From Minutocellus sp. GHC0000111 (Eukaryota), in the NCBI GenBank assembly GCA_977018835.1, contig OZ361256.1, forward strand, positions 4,526,001 through 4,590,000: DNA of 64,000 bases, in the 5' to 3' direction. The notes under the pieces were generated by a model. The model was given only the letters and a program-made list of their open reading frames with translations, had not been told where the DNA came from and made no database searches. This document shows, piece after piece, positions 43,095 through 53,734 of this stretch. The position numbers were made by a program, and so were the translations under genes. Each line of letters starts with the position of its first letter. Position 1 is the first letter of the stretch.

Positions 43095-45008
43095 ATGATT
43101 TCTCAAAGTGCGATTGCTGCCTTTGTCAGCGCTCTCCTCCTTTCACTTGCTAGATGCGAATCTATTTCCGGGGTTAATTTCATCTTTGGCATCGAGTATT
43201 CCGAGGATGGATGCGGTACTTCAGCATCAGCGGTGTCTCTCGTCGCTTATCTCGTTAATGAGACGTATACCTTCGTGGCGCCGACTTCCGAGGAGCTCAG
43301 CTGCGCTCAGTCGACCATGTGCCGTATCAACCCTTCCGACGATCTCTGCGTCGGTGCCAATGAGTTCCCCCTCGCCCTTGACTATGATAGCAGCACTGGG
43401 CTGATATTTGGTGCCGACGATCCTTCATTTGTTGTCGGTCCCGACGCCTGCCTCGCTGGGGGGTGGATTCCACAGTGCTTGTCTTACAATTATCAGCTCT
43501 TATCCGATCTCAAGGAAGATCCGTCGATATTGGCAAATGATAATCCCGAGGATCTAGCCATGATGACGGACTATCTTTACCTGCTTTACTATGAGGATGA
43601 TAGCTGCACGGATTTGGCGGGCATCACCCCAGCTGTTTCAGGTGCGACGCTTTCGGTCCCCATTGTCTCGAACCAAGACTTGAGCTGTCAGGCACAGTCC
43701 ATGTGTGCCATTGATCCAGACTCCAAGATTTGCGAATCTATTCGAGATGAAAATGGCGAAACCGCTCTCCTCACACTAGAAACACGTGGAGATGAGACCA
43801 CCGGTGGCGTCGACGTATTTGAGTGCGACACGTCGAACGCTGCTGCTGGTCAAGAGGAGTGTGCTCTGCAGAAGCCGTCAGCTTGTACCAAAAGCTCCAT
43901 ATTCACCCAGTGTCACTTTCGCTATCTGAGCGGTCCTACGTTGGCTCAAAATCCACGTTTGTTGGTAGGTGAACTTGATATCAGTCCAGATGATAGGTCA
44001 GAGGTTGAAGATAACGCTACCGAAGAAGCCGGGGAACCCTTTACTCCCAGCGTCACGACATCAGAGGATCAGTATGTCTACTTTGCTTACTATTCTACCA
44101 ACGATTGTTCTTCCCTAGTCGGCCTGCTTGGTTCTGTTGCCCTTGAGGAGGTTGAAGTTGCGGGAGGGATGTCTGGCAGTGGATCTTGTGCCAGCGAGGT
44201 TTCATGTCTTTTTGACTCTCAAAGAGAGGTGTGCATATCCCTCGAGCCCACCGGTGTCGCTGTAGCCTACGATGCCATCCTCCCTACTGGTGAAGCGTAT
44301 TTGTGCGATTCCTCCAATCCCCTTACCAACGAAGAGGTCTGTGTAACATATCCTGCTGATTCTTGCCATCAGAGCAGTGTTTATCCTTCCTGCAAGGCTG
44401 GCTTTGTCCGCCAAGATGAGCTCGCCGATCCAACCCTTTTCAGCAACGACGTTAAAGAAGATCAGGCATCGCTCATGGAGTACTATTACATCGCGTATTA
44501 TGACAACTCTGATTGCACCAGTCCTGTCGGCCTGCGAGCATTTATCACTGGAGAAGAGTATGACCTACCATTACTGTCGGATAGTGTCACCTGCGAAGAT
44601 GCAATGGCATGCCTGTATGCTCCTGATGGTGATTTATGTAAGGAGCGAGGCGGAGGAGCTAGTGGTACGGCCAACTTTACCTATTCCATCAATGCTGAGC
44701 AGGACAACATGCTTTCCTCGTGCGACGGAACGCTTGCAGATCTGGCCGATGATTGCATTGTTGCGGAACCAGATCAGTGTACTCAGAGTGGAGTGTTTGC
44801 TGGAACACCTTGTCTCTTTAGGATTGTGTCGGCCTCGTATCTTGCTCGTAATCCTGGCGCACTTGTTGGCGAGGTTGGGGGCGAGGGTGGTGATAATAGC
44901 GGAGACATGGAAACATCTACTGGAAGTATGAGGAAAGGTGGCGCATGTTCGCTCCTTTTGGTGATTTCTTCCGTTATCTTTGCAGGTCTACTCTACCAGA
45001 CCGTGTAA
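43095..45008 (+). CDS. Acidic Cys-rich cell-surface protein with four internal repeats (copy 1)
   Basis: Signal peptide MISQSAIAAFVSALLLSLARC; four Y-x-x-x-Y..C modules; C-terminal hydrophobic anchor. Confidence 0.8.
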   Translation: MISQSAIAAFVSALLLSLARCESISGVNFIFGIEYSEDGCGTSASAVSLVAYLVNETYTFVAPTSEELSCAQSTMCRINPSDDLCVGANEFPLALDYDSSTGLIFGADDPSFVVGPDACLAGGWIPQCLSYNYQLLSDLKEDPSILANDNPEDLAMMTDYLYLLYYEDDSCTDLAGITPAVSGATLSVPIVSNQDLSCQAQSMCAIDPDSKICESIRDENGETALLTLETRGDETTGGVDVFECDTSNAAAGQEECALQKPSACTKSSIFTQCHFRYLSGPTLAQNPRLLVGELDISPDDRSEVEDNATEEAGEPFTPSVTTSEDQYVYFAYYSTNDCSSLVGLLGSVALEEVEVAGGMSGSGSCASEVSCLFDSQREVCISLEPTGVAVAYDAILPTGEAYLCDSSNPLTNEEVCVTYPADSCHQSSVYPSCKAGFVRQDELADPTLFSNDVKEDQASLMEYYYIAYYDNSDCTSPVGLRAFITGEEYDLPLLSDSVTCEDAMACLYAPDGDLCKERGGGASGTANFTYSINAEQDNMLSSCDGTLADLADDCIVAEPDQCTQSGVFAGTPCLFRIVSASYLARNPGALVGEVGGEGGDNSGDMETSTGSMRKGGACSLLLVISSVIFAGLLYQTV

Positions 45009-45051
45009 AAAAGATGGACCTCAAACGTATCATCAAAGTAACAAACAATAA

Positions 45052-46374
45052 CTAGGTTTCGTTTTCTCTTCTCCTGAGAGTATAACACCTCAGCATTCCG
45101 ACCATCTCGAATATTTCTAGTTCTTTCTCTTTGTTTATGACAAAACCGAGCTTTCCCAATAGAAATTCCTCTGGGGTCCCAATCATTTCGGATCGCAGGT
45201 TTGGGTCGGCACCAGCCTCCAATAAGATCTTCAGCTTCGACATTTTGGCTCGGTGGACACTTTTATCCAACGAGGACAAAGTGTAATGGATAGCCGTCCA
45301 GCCATCATCATCTTGAATGTTCAATTCTAAGCTTGTGCGAATACGAGAGTCAACGAGAAGCCGAAGGGCTTCGGAACCAAAAACGTCGCTCGATTGTGCA
45401 CAGGAGTGGATTGGTCGTTGGCCTTCGCTATGAGGGTCTTCAGTATTCACATCGATCCCTTCTACCGCCAAGAGATACTCAAAGCATTTACATGTGTCAG
45501 AAATGTTGTTTGGTTTTAGGGTGAACCAAATCAAATTCTCTTTTTCGTCAAAGTAAGTGTCGTCCGAAATGTAGCCTTCGTTGACTCCAACGGCACCGGT
45601 CTCGACAAGATGCTTGAGCGGAGCAAGCAAATCATATCGGGTGGCCATCAAGGGATCCGAAAACAAGCGTATAGAGACAGGCAGATACTTGAGTACAATC
45701 TTGCCGTCTCGAACCACATTTAAGCTTTGGAAGATCTTGTGGAATTCGCCCTTTTTCATTCCTCTAACATCGACGCCTCCGACCGATAGCAGGGCGTCAC
45801 CGATTCCAAATTCCAGGGCGTCACCGATTCCAAATTCCAGCCCCGAAGGAAGCTCAGGGACATCACAACATGCGCAGCTTCGTTCCAACACCCAAATAGA
45901 GCTGCTTCGCTTGAAGGCTACTAATAGGCCTTTGACAACATCTTGATCCAGGGCAATGCTATAGACATTCTTCTCCGATTTAGCCCCGACACATCGGTTC
46001 CACCAATCGGGGTTGTACTCCAGCCAACTCTCCATCCCCGCCTGTCTTGTGTGCTCTTTATTCATATATGCAATGCGACACAAATGGCTCAAATACCACT
46101 CATTACCACTTAGATACATCTTGCGAACGACGCGCGAGGTGACTTTCCCAACCACGAGGCAGAGGTTGGTAAGGTCGGGACGGGACGGAGTGCCGAGGTC
46201 GAGAAAACGGGCCACGGTACCGACCAGCTCGGGAGTCATTACCGTCGACCACGAGGCATCCTGCTGGTCCTCTGGTACTTCAGCTGACTTCTTGGGACGC
46301 TTTGCCGACGCCGGTGCTGGCGCGTTGTTGCCGGCATCGGCATCGGCAGGTCGTTTGCTGCCGATACCGTTCAT
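45052..46374 (-). CDS. Ankyrin-repeat protein with a PDZ-like segment (copy 1)
   Basis: GQRPIHSCA, DDGWTAIHY and LLEAGADPN; IGDALLSVGGVDV; in-frame 24-bp duplication at 45790-45837. ATG 46374 chosen as start. Confidence 0.8.
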   Translation of the reverse strand: MNGIGSKRPADADAGNNAPAPASAKRPKKSAEVPEDQQDASWSTVMTPELVGTVARFLDLGTPSRPDLTNLCLVVGKVTSRVVRKMYLSGNEWYLSHLCRIAYMNKEHTRQAGMESWLEYNPDWWNRCVGAKSEKNVYSIALDQDVVKGLLVAFKRSSSIWVLERSCACCDVPELPSGLEFGIGDALEFGIGDALLSVGGVDVRGMKKGEFHKIFQSLNVVRDGKIVLKYLPVSIRLFSDPLMATRYDLLAPLKHLVETGAVGVNEGYISDDTYFDEKENLIWFTLKPNNISDTCKCFEYLLAVEGIDVNTEDPHSEGQRPIHSCAQSSDVFGSEALRLLVDSRIRTSLELNIQDDDGWTAIHYTLSSLDKSVHRAKMSKLKILLEAGADPNLRSEMIGTPEEFLLGKLGFVINKEKELEIFEMVGMLRCYTLRRRENET

Positions 46375-46564
46375 CGCATCAAATGCGCTTGCTTCTTTGC
46401 GTGCTGAGAGCCGGAAAAGTAGGGGACCCCCAACGCCAGCAGCACAAAGCGGGCACTCCTCAGGTGCTTTGTTGCTTTTCCCCCTCTCCGTGCTCAGAGC
46501 TCGGCTCTTTTCAAGAGCCTCAAGCAAGTTGAGTTACGTACCAGTACTCGTCCAGACAAAACCA

Positions 46565-47233
46565 ATGGGCGGCGACGATCCCGTCGTCCCGCCACCCCTC
46601 GGGGAGGTTGTTGATACCCTCAAGGAGCTGGCGTATCATGCCGCCGGCGCCGGTGCCCCGGAGTCCCACCGCGCCCGCCTCTACGCCGCCGCCCTCGCCT
46701 TCCTTCAAATCTTGCATGGTGACGGACAGACGCTAAGGTGCGTCGATTTTACGTGGAAAATTCGAGCGGAGATCGAGAGAGGGGGATGAGTTGCCTCGAA
46801 TGGATTGTTTGCGTGGATCATTCCTTAGCGACCCTTGTAGAGTGTTCTAACCATTTTTTGTTTGTTCTACACTCCTGTGCCACTCATTTGACGCTCCAGA
46901 ACCAAAAGCGACGGCAAATGCCCGCCGTTGACGGAAATACCAGCCATCGCGACGGTGTTGCTGGACGGTGAACTCTATCGGATCCTGCTTAGCATGCTGG
47001 GATCCAAACCAATCGTCATGGATCCTTCCAAATCAACCAAGTCTATGCCGGTATCTCGAGGTGGGAGTATGAAGCGTCAGCTGTCGGGAAATAGATCGAT
47101 GGCTAGTACCGCGGAACCTCAAACTCCGGGAGCTGCCGTGACGGGCAATTCCAATGCGTCGAGGTATCAGCAGACTCCACTGACTGCATCCCGAAATGTC
47201 AGTGCGGCTGCGATCACGACGAGCTATTGCTGA
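46565..47233 (+). pseudogene. INTS1: Truncated 5' copy of INTS1 ending at the duplication junction; intron 46738-46899
   Basis: Matches 55248-55889, then reads out of frame to TGA at 47231-47233. Confidence 0.85.
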
Positions 47234-48353
47234 TGACAATCGAAGCCACAAATCTGGAAAGAGCAAAAAGAAAAAGAAAGTGAAGAATCCATTTAAACGA
47301 AAGAAGAAGGGAAAGACAACTGGGAAAGAACATGGCGATAACGACTCGGCAAGTGTCTTTAGCGGCTTCAGTCGGGTGAGCGATTTGGCATCATCGGTTG
47401 TGTCTGGCCGAAGCACCAAGAGTCGGATGAGCATATCAACCATTGGCAGTACGAGAAGTCGCATATCATCACTCACGGGGAAACTTCGAAAACGTGGCAA
47501 GAAGAAGGAAAAGAGGAATAAGACAGATGGAAATGCTGTCGGAAATGAGGATCGACAAAATCCATCAGCCGTCCCTCAGTCGACTCCGGCCAGGATAGTT
47601 TTTGACAATCGATCCGCTGTGTCGTCATTGGCTTCATCGGCAGTTGATAGCTATCCAGCAACACCTGTCCGCGGATCCCAAAATAAATTGAGCCATTCGC
47701 CATTAAACGGCGAATCGGCGGTCAACACCACGTTGCCAACTGTGGAATCTGGGGAAGAAGATAGCTCAGGTGGGGAAGGATCGACGCTCGGCAGTATCAT
47801 CTCAGCCTTATCTGTTGGGAGCACGGACATTAGTAAAACTTCGGAGCGCATAAAGCGAAAGAATCGAGCCTATCGACTGAAGAAGACAGGTCGTAAATCA
47901 AGGAAAGGTGATTCTGCTGGTGATTCTGTCAGTGAGACGTCGTCGGTAGATTTTGCGCAAAAATCGAGAGCTCCTCCGTCGGCAGAAAGCTCTGGAAGTG
48001 TGAGTAAGAAATTCTGGAGAAAAATATCTCCACGTAAATTGAATCCAAGCATCGCGAGCGACAGCAGCAATAGTCCATCAGAGAGTCAAATTAAGATGAA
48101 GTTGGGAGATTTTCTGATCCCTGATGGCTTGGCGGATCGGGCACCGGCAGAAGAAATTATGTTGAGACTTGGCATATCGAGTGAAATTGGACTTGAAGCG
48201 TTGGAGGAGCTAAGAAATCTTCCGCATCTCGAAATGATGGATAGAAAAGGGGCTGCGGTCCCCACTGTTCGCGTGTGTGGAGTGGAGGTTCCAGATTATG
48301 ATTCGTATGTCCAGAATTCGGTTGACCGGTTCCGGAAAAGGCTTGCCATTTGA
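47196..48353 (+). pseudogene. 3' remnant of the Ser/Lys-rich gene, with an in-frame ATG supplied by INTS1 sequence
   Basis: Matches 38524-39670; the N-terminal codons come from across the junction. Confidence 0.75.
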
Positions 48354-48716
48354 AGATTCCTTTTCATCATGAATTCTTACATAAATCAAAGCTGCTGTAG
48401 ATCTGGTGTTGTTGCGACGTCTCTACTAGCTAGAGATCTACATGTACATGTACCGGTAGCCGCCAACTTTGTTTTGTTTTCCCGCATGCACGCGTGGCGC
48501 ACTGAAATGGTTGAAATGAGATTTTGGCTTGCACTGCAATCCATGAATTCGAACTCATTGAATATTTAGATATATTGGTATTTTCAATATACCTACGCGA
48601 ATTTGACGCGTGCGTCTGAATTCTGCCAAGCGAGAATGTAGCAAAAAGAAATGACGCTTTCTTCTCGTTGAAGTCAGACATTATATTGATTCGATTCGCC
48701 CATAACAAAAAGAAAA

Positions 48717-49181
48717 ATGGTGAAATATATCGTCCAAGCTTTGGTTGTCCTCTCTGCCGGCGCCATCTCATTCGCTCGCGCCTCTGGTGATGACTTCGAT
48801 GTTGCTGCGGTCTCTTCTTCGGTCGACAATGTCGCAACAGAAACAGTGTCAACGACGTCAAACGACGAGAAAGAAGGTTTTACGCTTGACCTCTTCAAGA
48901 AAACCTGCATGATTTGCGACGATTCTGTGGCCGATGCCTCGATCGGTCGCACCATCAGCCGCGGCCTCCACCTTCGAGGAGCGGCTGGCAGCGCCTGCAT
49001 CTTCGAGGCTTCTGCCGTAATCAGCAATGCCGAGGACTGTTGCAATGACAGCGAAACAGGCGAACCCTGGGATATAAATGATTTGACTGCCTTTCTCGTC
49101 ACTGATCCTTTCCGCAGTGTCAATCGGGAGGATGCTACATCTTCCGCCGTGATGCTCAAAGATATTTGCGGTGATATTTAG
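48717..49181 (+). CDS. Small secreted Cys-containing protein (copy 2)
   Basis: Protein identical to 40034-40498; one synonymous difference (G40072/T48755). Confidence 0.7.
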   Translation: MVKYIVQALVVLSAGAISFARASGDDFDVAAVSSSVDNVATETVSTTSNDEKEGFTLDLFKKTCMICDDSVADASIGRTISRGLHLRGAAGSACIFEASAVISNAEDCCNDSETGEPWDINDLTAFLVTDPFRSVNREDATSSAVMLKDICGDI

Positions 49182-49396
49182 GGATTTCCGGCTACATTTT
49201 GTACATACATGAAAAACGCCAATGCCGGAACTAAAAAAAGACGTGATAATGTTCACCGTTTTCACAAATATAATACATAATTTGCATACAGTCAGTGATC
49301 TTTGGGCCTATCAAAGGAAGTATTGCAATTCCACAGGCTTGAGTCGATCTAGTTGCGTCTACGTATATGCGTATTTTACAACATTGCTGCACTTGT

Positions 49397-50599
49397 TTAT
49401 CGAACTACATCAATCAAGCTTCCTTCAGATATTGCTTTTGATGATGCATTCCTTGTCCACAGAAATGTTGCCATGCTATCCACCATCTCCTCGTGAATCA
49501 TAGAAGCTTTACGAATAATCGCTCCCCAAAGCGGTGCATCTGTAAAGCTACCTGTCCTTCCCTTCTTGGATCCCTTTACATGAAGTGTCCTTGTTCCATA
49601 CAAAGTCCCAGCTTTTCGTGCCTGATTGCTGACATATGTTACTGTCGGAAGGCCAGACTGCCCAGCACCATTCGGGGGGAGCATCCCGTAACCCAGCCCC
49701 AGGGAAGGATCGTGCAAAAGTAATCCCTCCACGTTGCAATCGGCAGATGCGCCATTGGCTGCCATTACAGCGGCACTGCCTCCGAAGCCATTTCCGGAAA
49801 TGACAATGGGATAATTCTCACCAATGCTTTTACCGTTACTAGTACCAACATCGCTCTCTTCGTTATCAGCACGAGGCATCCAAGAAAATATTTCTTTTGG
49901 CAGATATTCCGCTGCATCCAACAACTCGCTGGCCCTTCTGGCCAACTTCTGCCGATCCGTCATCATGTATTCGCTGTATTTCAGCTGGGATCCGTCCGAT
50001 TTCGTTGTATATGGCGACGCCGTCCCATCGGTATGCTCCAGAGCACCAACAATGATACCCTTGGAAGCCAACAACTCAAACAGAAGGACACAGGTGTCCA
50101 TATTATGCCCAATGCCATGCGAATACAGCAACATGGGCCAGTGCTGGGTTGCCGCTATATGCATGCTCACATCGGCCAGGTGAGCATCCAAAAGGCAACC
50201 ACTCGTCTTGGGTGCCAGCAATGATGGCCGACGTCCGTCTGTTCCATAGGGTGCGCGTGAGTCCTTATCACCCGGCTCTCTTCTATACTCCTCGTCAACT
50301 GGATAGAACACCCGCATCCGTGTTTTCTGTTTATTGGGCAGACGAATTGTCCGGCTACCGACCGGCAGTGACAGCTGCGGTGCTTCCGATATTATTGATG
50401 ACGGGCTGTCTGTTTGTGTATCTACATCATCAGTGACTTTGGGAGATACAGAGTGCAATACCGCAAAAGCAGCTGGCATCTTTGTCTTGCTGCTAGCAGC
50501 ATTGTACATGGAGGATGGTACGATGGGAGCAGCATTGGGAACGGCATTGGAAAAGGCGGCAACTTTTGTGACACATGTTGTAGCGACAAAGAGCAACAT
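49397..50599 (-). CDS. PAF-acetylhydrolase-like protein (copy 2)
   Basis: Protein identical to 40714-41916. Confidence 0.8.
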   Translation of the reverse strand: MLLFVATTCVTKVAAFSNAVPNAAPIVPSSMYNAASSKTKMPAAFAVLHSVSPKVTDDVDTQTDSPSSIISEAPQLSLPVGSRTIRLPNKQKTRMRVFYPVDEEYRREPGDKDSRAPYGTDGRRPSLLAPKTSGCLLDAHLADVSMHIAATQHWPMLLYSHGIGHNMDTCVLLFELLASKGIIVGALEHTDGTASPYTTKSDGSQLKYSEYMMTDRQKLARRASELLDAAEYLPKEIFSWMPRADNEESDVGTSNGKSIGENYPIVISGNGFGGSAAVMAANGASADCNVEGLLLHDPSLGLGYGMLPPNGAGQSGLPTVTYVSNQARKAGTLYGTRTLHVKGSKKGRTGSFTDAPLWGAIIRKASMIHEEMVDSMATFLWTRNASSKAISEGSLIDVVR

Positions 50600-50880
50600 G
50601 AAAACGAGAACATATTATACTGATGGTGAAAACGCATCGAGAGCGGTATGCCGCCGATGTAACGCCATAATTTTGTATCAGCACTCTTGGTTCCCTTGCA
50701 GTACTACGTAGCTAGCTAGAGTACTGAGTCAGTGGAATAAGTGCTGGAGCGGAGGCGAGACAGGAGGCATTCCAATTGTGATGCTTTATTGCCGAAAAAA
50801 GTAAAACTCGGAGAATTTCATCTCAAATCTCTCATGCCTTTTTATCTCGTGCCTCTCATTTTTCAGCAGAGCAGAGAACC

Positions 50881-51495
50881 ATGAGAAGACTTGGCAGCGG
50901 CCGCAACGTCCGAGACCGTCCCGCCCAGGGCGATCGACGAGAGGATCGCGTCAGCTACGACATGCAGCATGCTCTCGCCATGCGAGGACAGTCAGCCGCA
51001 GCAGCCGCCGATGCCGAGGCCTGCGCCGCCCGCGTCCGTCCCGCCACCTCTCCTCGAGCATCTCCCACGAAAAAGGCATCAAGTCCCACTTCGGGAGGCG
51101 CACCTCGCTCCCCGCCTGCAAACAGTGATCACAATGTGAAGGTGGCCCTTCGTGGCCTCGGTCAAGCCGAACAACTGGAAAAGTCTGGAGATTTGGAGCA
51201 ATCACTGGAAATCTACCAGCTGTCCATCGAGGCGTTGATATCATATGTCAATGCATCTCCCACACGATCCGGTGCCGGCGGCGGCAAACATAGCGGAAAT
51301 GATGGACCTGGATTGGACCGCGAGGCCGTGGCAGAACGGTGCCGAGTGGCACTGAGCGATGCCGAACGAGTCAAGGCCAAGTTGGAAAAGCAAAAGAAGA
51401 AAGGTGGTGGAAATACCAAGCCAAAGAGTGTGACGGCCGGTCTGCTTGCCAAATATGACAGTTGGGAAAAGGAGCAGATGGCAGGTGGGCGATAG
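50881..51495 (+). CDS. MIT-domain-like protein (copy 2)
   Basis: Protein identical to 42198-42812. Confidence 0.65.
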   Translation: MRRLGSGRNVRDRPAQGDRREDRVSYDMQHALAMRGQSAAAAADAEACAARVRPATSPRASPTKKASSPTSGGAPRSPPANSDHNVKVALRGLGQAEQLEKSGDLEQSLEIYQLSIEALISYVNASPTRSGAGGGKHSGNDGPGLDREAVAERCRVALSDAERVKAKLEKQKKKGGGNTKPKSVTAGLLAKYDSWEKEQMAGGR

Positions 51496-51777
51496 ACCTT
51501 GTAGGAAGTAAACATAGAACCAGGGATGCCGCTACCTAGATGCGTTATGTGCAGATCTACATGCACCAAGGATATTGTTAGCACTCTTCCTGAAGTCAAG
51601 GCAGGCAGGCATCGATATGGGTTCGCACTTCGGCTTCGGTTCGCACCGGCGACTAACTAAAATGCCCCGCCCATGCCACAAAGATTCGGATCGAAAAGAC
51701 GGTCTGCATTGCCTCATCAACCTGAACCGAACACACAAAACAAGCAACATCGTCTCAATTTTGCAATCATTGCGACC

Positions 51778-53691
51778 ATGATTTCTCAAAGTGCGATTGC
51801 TGCCTTTGTCAGCGCTCTCCTCCTTTCACTTGCTAGATGCGAATCTATTTCCGGGGTTAATTTCATCTTTGGCATCGAGTATTCCGAGGATGGATGCGGT
51901 ACTTCAGCATCAGCGGTGTCTCTCGTCGCTTATCTCGTTAATGAGACGTATACCTTCGTGGCGCCGACTTCCGAGGAGCTCAGCTGCGCTCAGTCGACCA
52001 TGTGCCGTATCAACCCTTCCGACGATCTCTGCGTCGGTGCCAATGAGTTCCCCCTCGCCCTTGACTATGATAGCAGCACTGGGCTGATATTTGGTGCCGA
52101 CGATCCTTCATTTGTTGTCGGTCCCGACGCCTGCCTCGCTGGGGGGTGGATTCCACAGTGCTTGTCTTACAATTATCAGCTCTTATCCGATCTCAAGGAA
52201 GATCCGTCGATATTGGCAAATGATAATCCCGAGGATCTAGCCATGATGACGGACTATCTTTACCTGCTTTACTATGAGGATGATAGCTGCACGGATTTGG
52301 CGGGCATCACCCCAGCTGTTTCAGGTGCGACGCTTTCGGTCCCCATTGTCTCGAACCAAGACTTGAGCTGTCAGGCACAGTCCATGTGTGCCATTGATCC
52401 AGACTCCAAGATTTGCGAATCTATTCGAGATGAAAATGGCGAAACCGCTCTCCTCACACTAGAAACACGTGGAGATGAGACCACCGGTGGCGTCGACGTA
52501 TTTGAGTGCGACACGTCGAACGCTGCTGCTGGTCAAGAGGAGTGTGCTCTGCAGAAGCCGTCAGCTTGTACCAAAAGCTCCATATTCACCCAGTGTCACT
52601 TTCGCTATCTGAGCGGTCCTACGTTGGCTCAAAATCCACGTTTGTTGGTAGGTGAACTTGATATCAGTCCAGATGATAGGTCAGAGGTTGAAGATAACGC
52701 TACCGAAGAAGCCGGGGAACCCTTTACTCCCAGCGTCACGACATCAGAGGATCAGTATGTCTACTTTGCTTACTATTCTACCAACGATTGTTCTTCCCTA
52801 GTCGGCCTGCTTGGTTCTGTTGCCCTTGAGGAGGTTGAAGTTGCGGGAGGGATGTCTGGCAGTGGATCTTGTGCCAGCGAGGTTTCATGTCTTTTTGACT
52901 CTCAAAGAGAGGTGTGCATATCCCTCGAGCCCACCGGTGTCGCTGTAGCCTACGATGCCATCCTCCCTACTGGTGAAGCGTATTTGTGCGATTCCTCCAA
53001 TCCCCTTACCAACGAAGAGGTCTGTGTAACATATCCTGCTGATTCTTGCCATCAGAGCAGTGTTTATCCTTCCTGCAAGGCTGGCTTTGTCCGCCAAGAT
53101 GAGCTCGCCGATCCAACCCTTTTCAGCAACGACGTTAAAGAAGATCAGGCATCGCTCATGGAGTACTATTACATCGCGTATTATGACAACTCTGATTGCA
53201 CCAGTCCTGTCGGCCTGCGAGCATTTATCACTGGAGAAGAGTATGACCTACCATTACTGTCGGATAGTGTCACCTGCGAAGATGCAATGGCATGCCTGTA
53301 TGCTCCTGATGGTGATTTATGTAAGGAGCGAGGCGGAGGAGCTAGTGGTACGGCCAACTTTACCTATTCCATCAATGCTGAGCAGGACAACATGCTTTCC
53401 TCGTGCGACGGAACGCTTGCAGATCTGGCCGATGATTGCATTGTTGCGGAACCAGATCAGTGTACTCAGAGTGGAGTGTTTGCTGGAACACCTTGTCTCT
53501 TTAGGATTGTGTCGGCCTCGTATCTTGCTCGTAATCCTGGCGCACTTGTTGGCGAGGTTGGGGGCGAGGGTGGTGATAATAGCGGAGACATGGAAACATC
53601 TACTGGAAGTATGAGGAAAGGTGGCGCATGTTCGCTCCTTTTGGTGATTTCTTCCGTTATCTTTGCAGGTCTACTCTACCAGACCGTGTAA
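51778..53691 (+). CDS. Acidic Cys-rich cell-surface protein (copy 2)
   Basis: Protein identical to 43095-45008. Confidence 0.8.
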   Translation: MISQSAIAAFVSALLLSLARCESISGVNFIFGIEYSEDGCGTSASAVSLVAYLVNETYTFVAPTSEELSCAQSTMCRINPSDDLCVGANEFPLALDYDSSTGLIFGADDPSFVVGPDACLAGGWIPQCLSYNYQLLSDLKEDPSILANDNPEDLAMMTDYLYLLYYEDDSCTDLAGITPAVSGATLSVPIVSNQDLSCQAQSMCAIDPDSKICESIRDENGETALLTLETRGDETTGGVDVFECDTSNAAAGQEECALQKPSACTKSSIFTQCHFRYLSGPTLAQNPRLLVGELDISPDDRSEVEDNATEEAGEPFTPSVTTSEDQYVYFAYYSTNDCSSLVGLLGSVALEEVEVAGGMSGSGSCASEVSCLFDSQREVCISLEPTGVAVAYDAILPTGEAYLCDSSNPLTNEEVCVTYPADSCHQSSVYPSCKAGFVRQDELADPTLFSNDVKEDQASLMEYYYIAYYDNSDCTSPVGLRAFITGEEYDLPLLSDSVTCEDAMACLYAPDGDLCKERGGGASGTANFTYSINAEQDNMLSSCDGTLADLADDCIVAEPDQCTQSGVFAGTPCLFRIVSASYLARNPGALVGEVGGEGGDNSGDMETSTGSMRKGGACSLLLVISSVIFAGLLYQTV

Positions 53692-53734
53692 AAAAGATGG
53701 ACCTCAAACGTATCATCAAAGTAACAAACAATAA

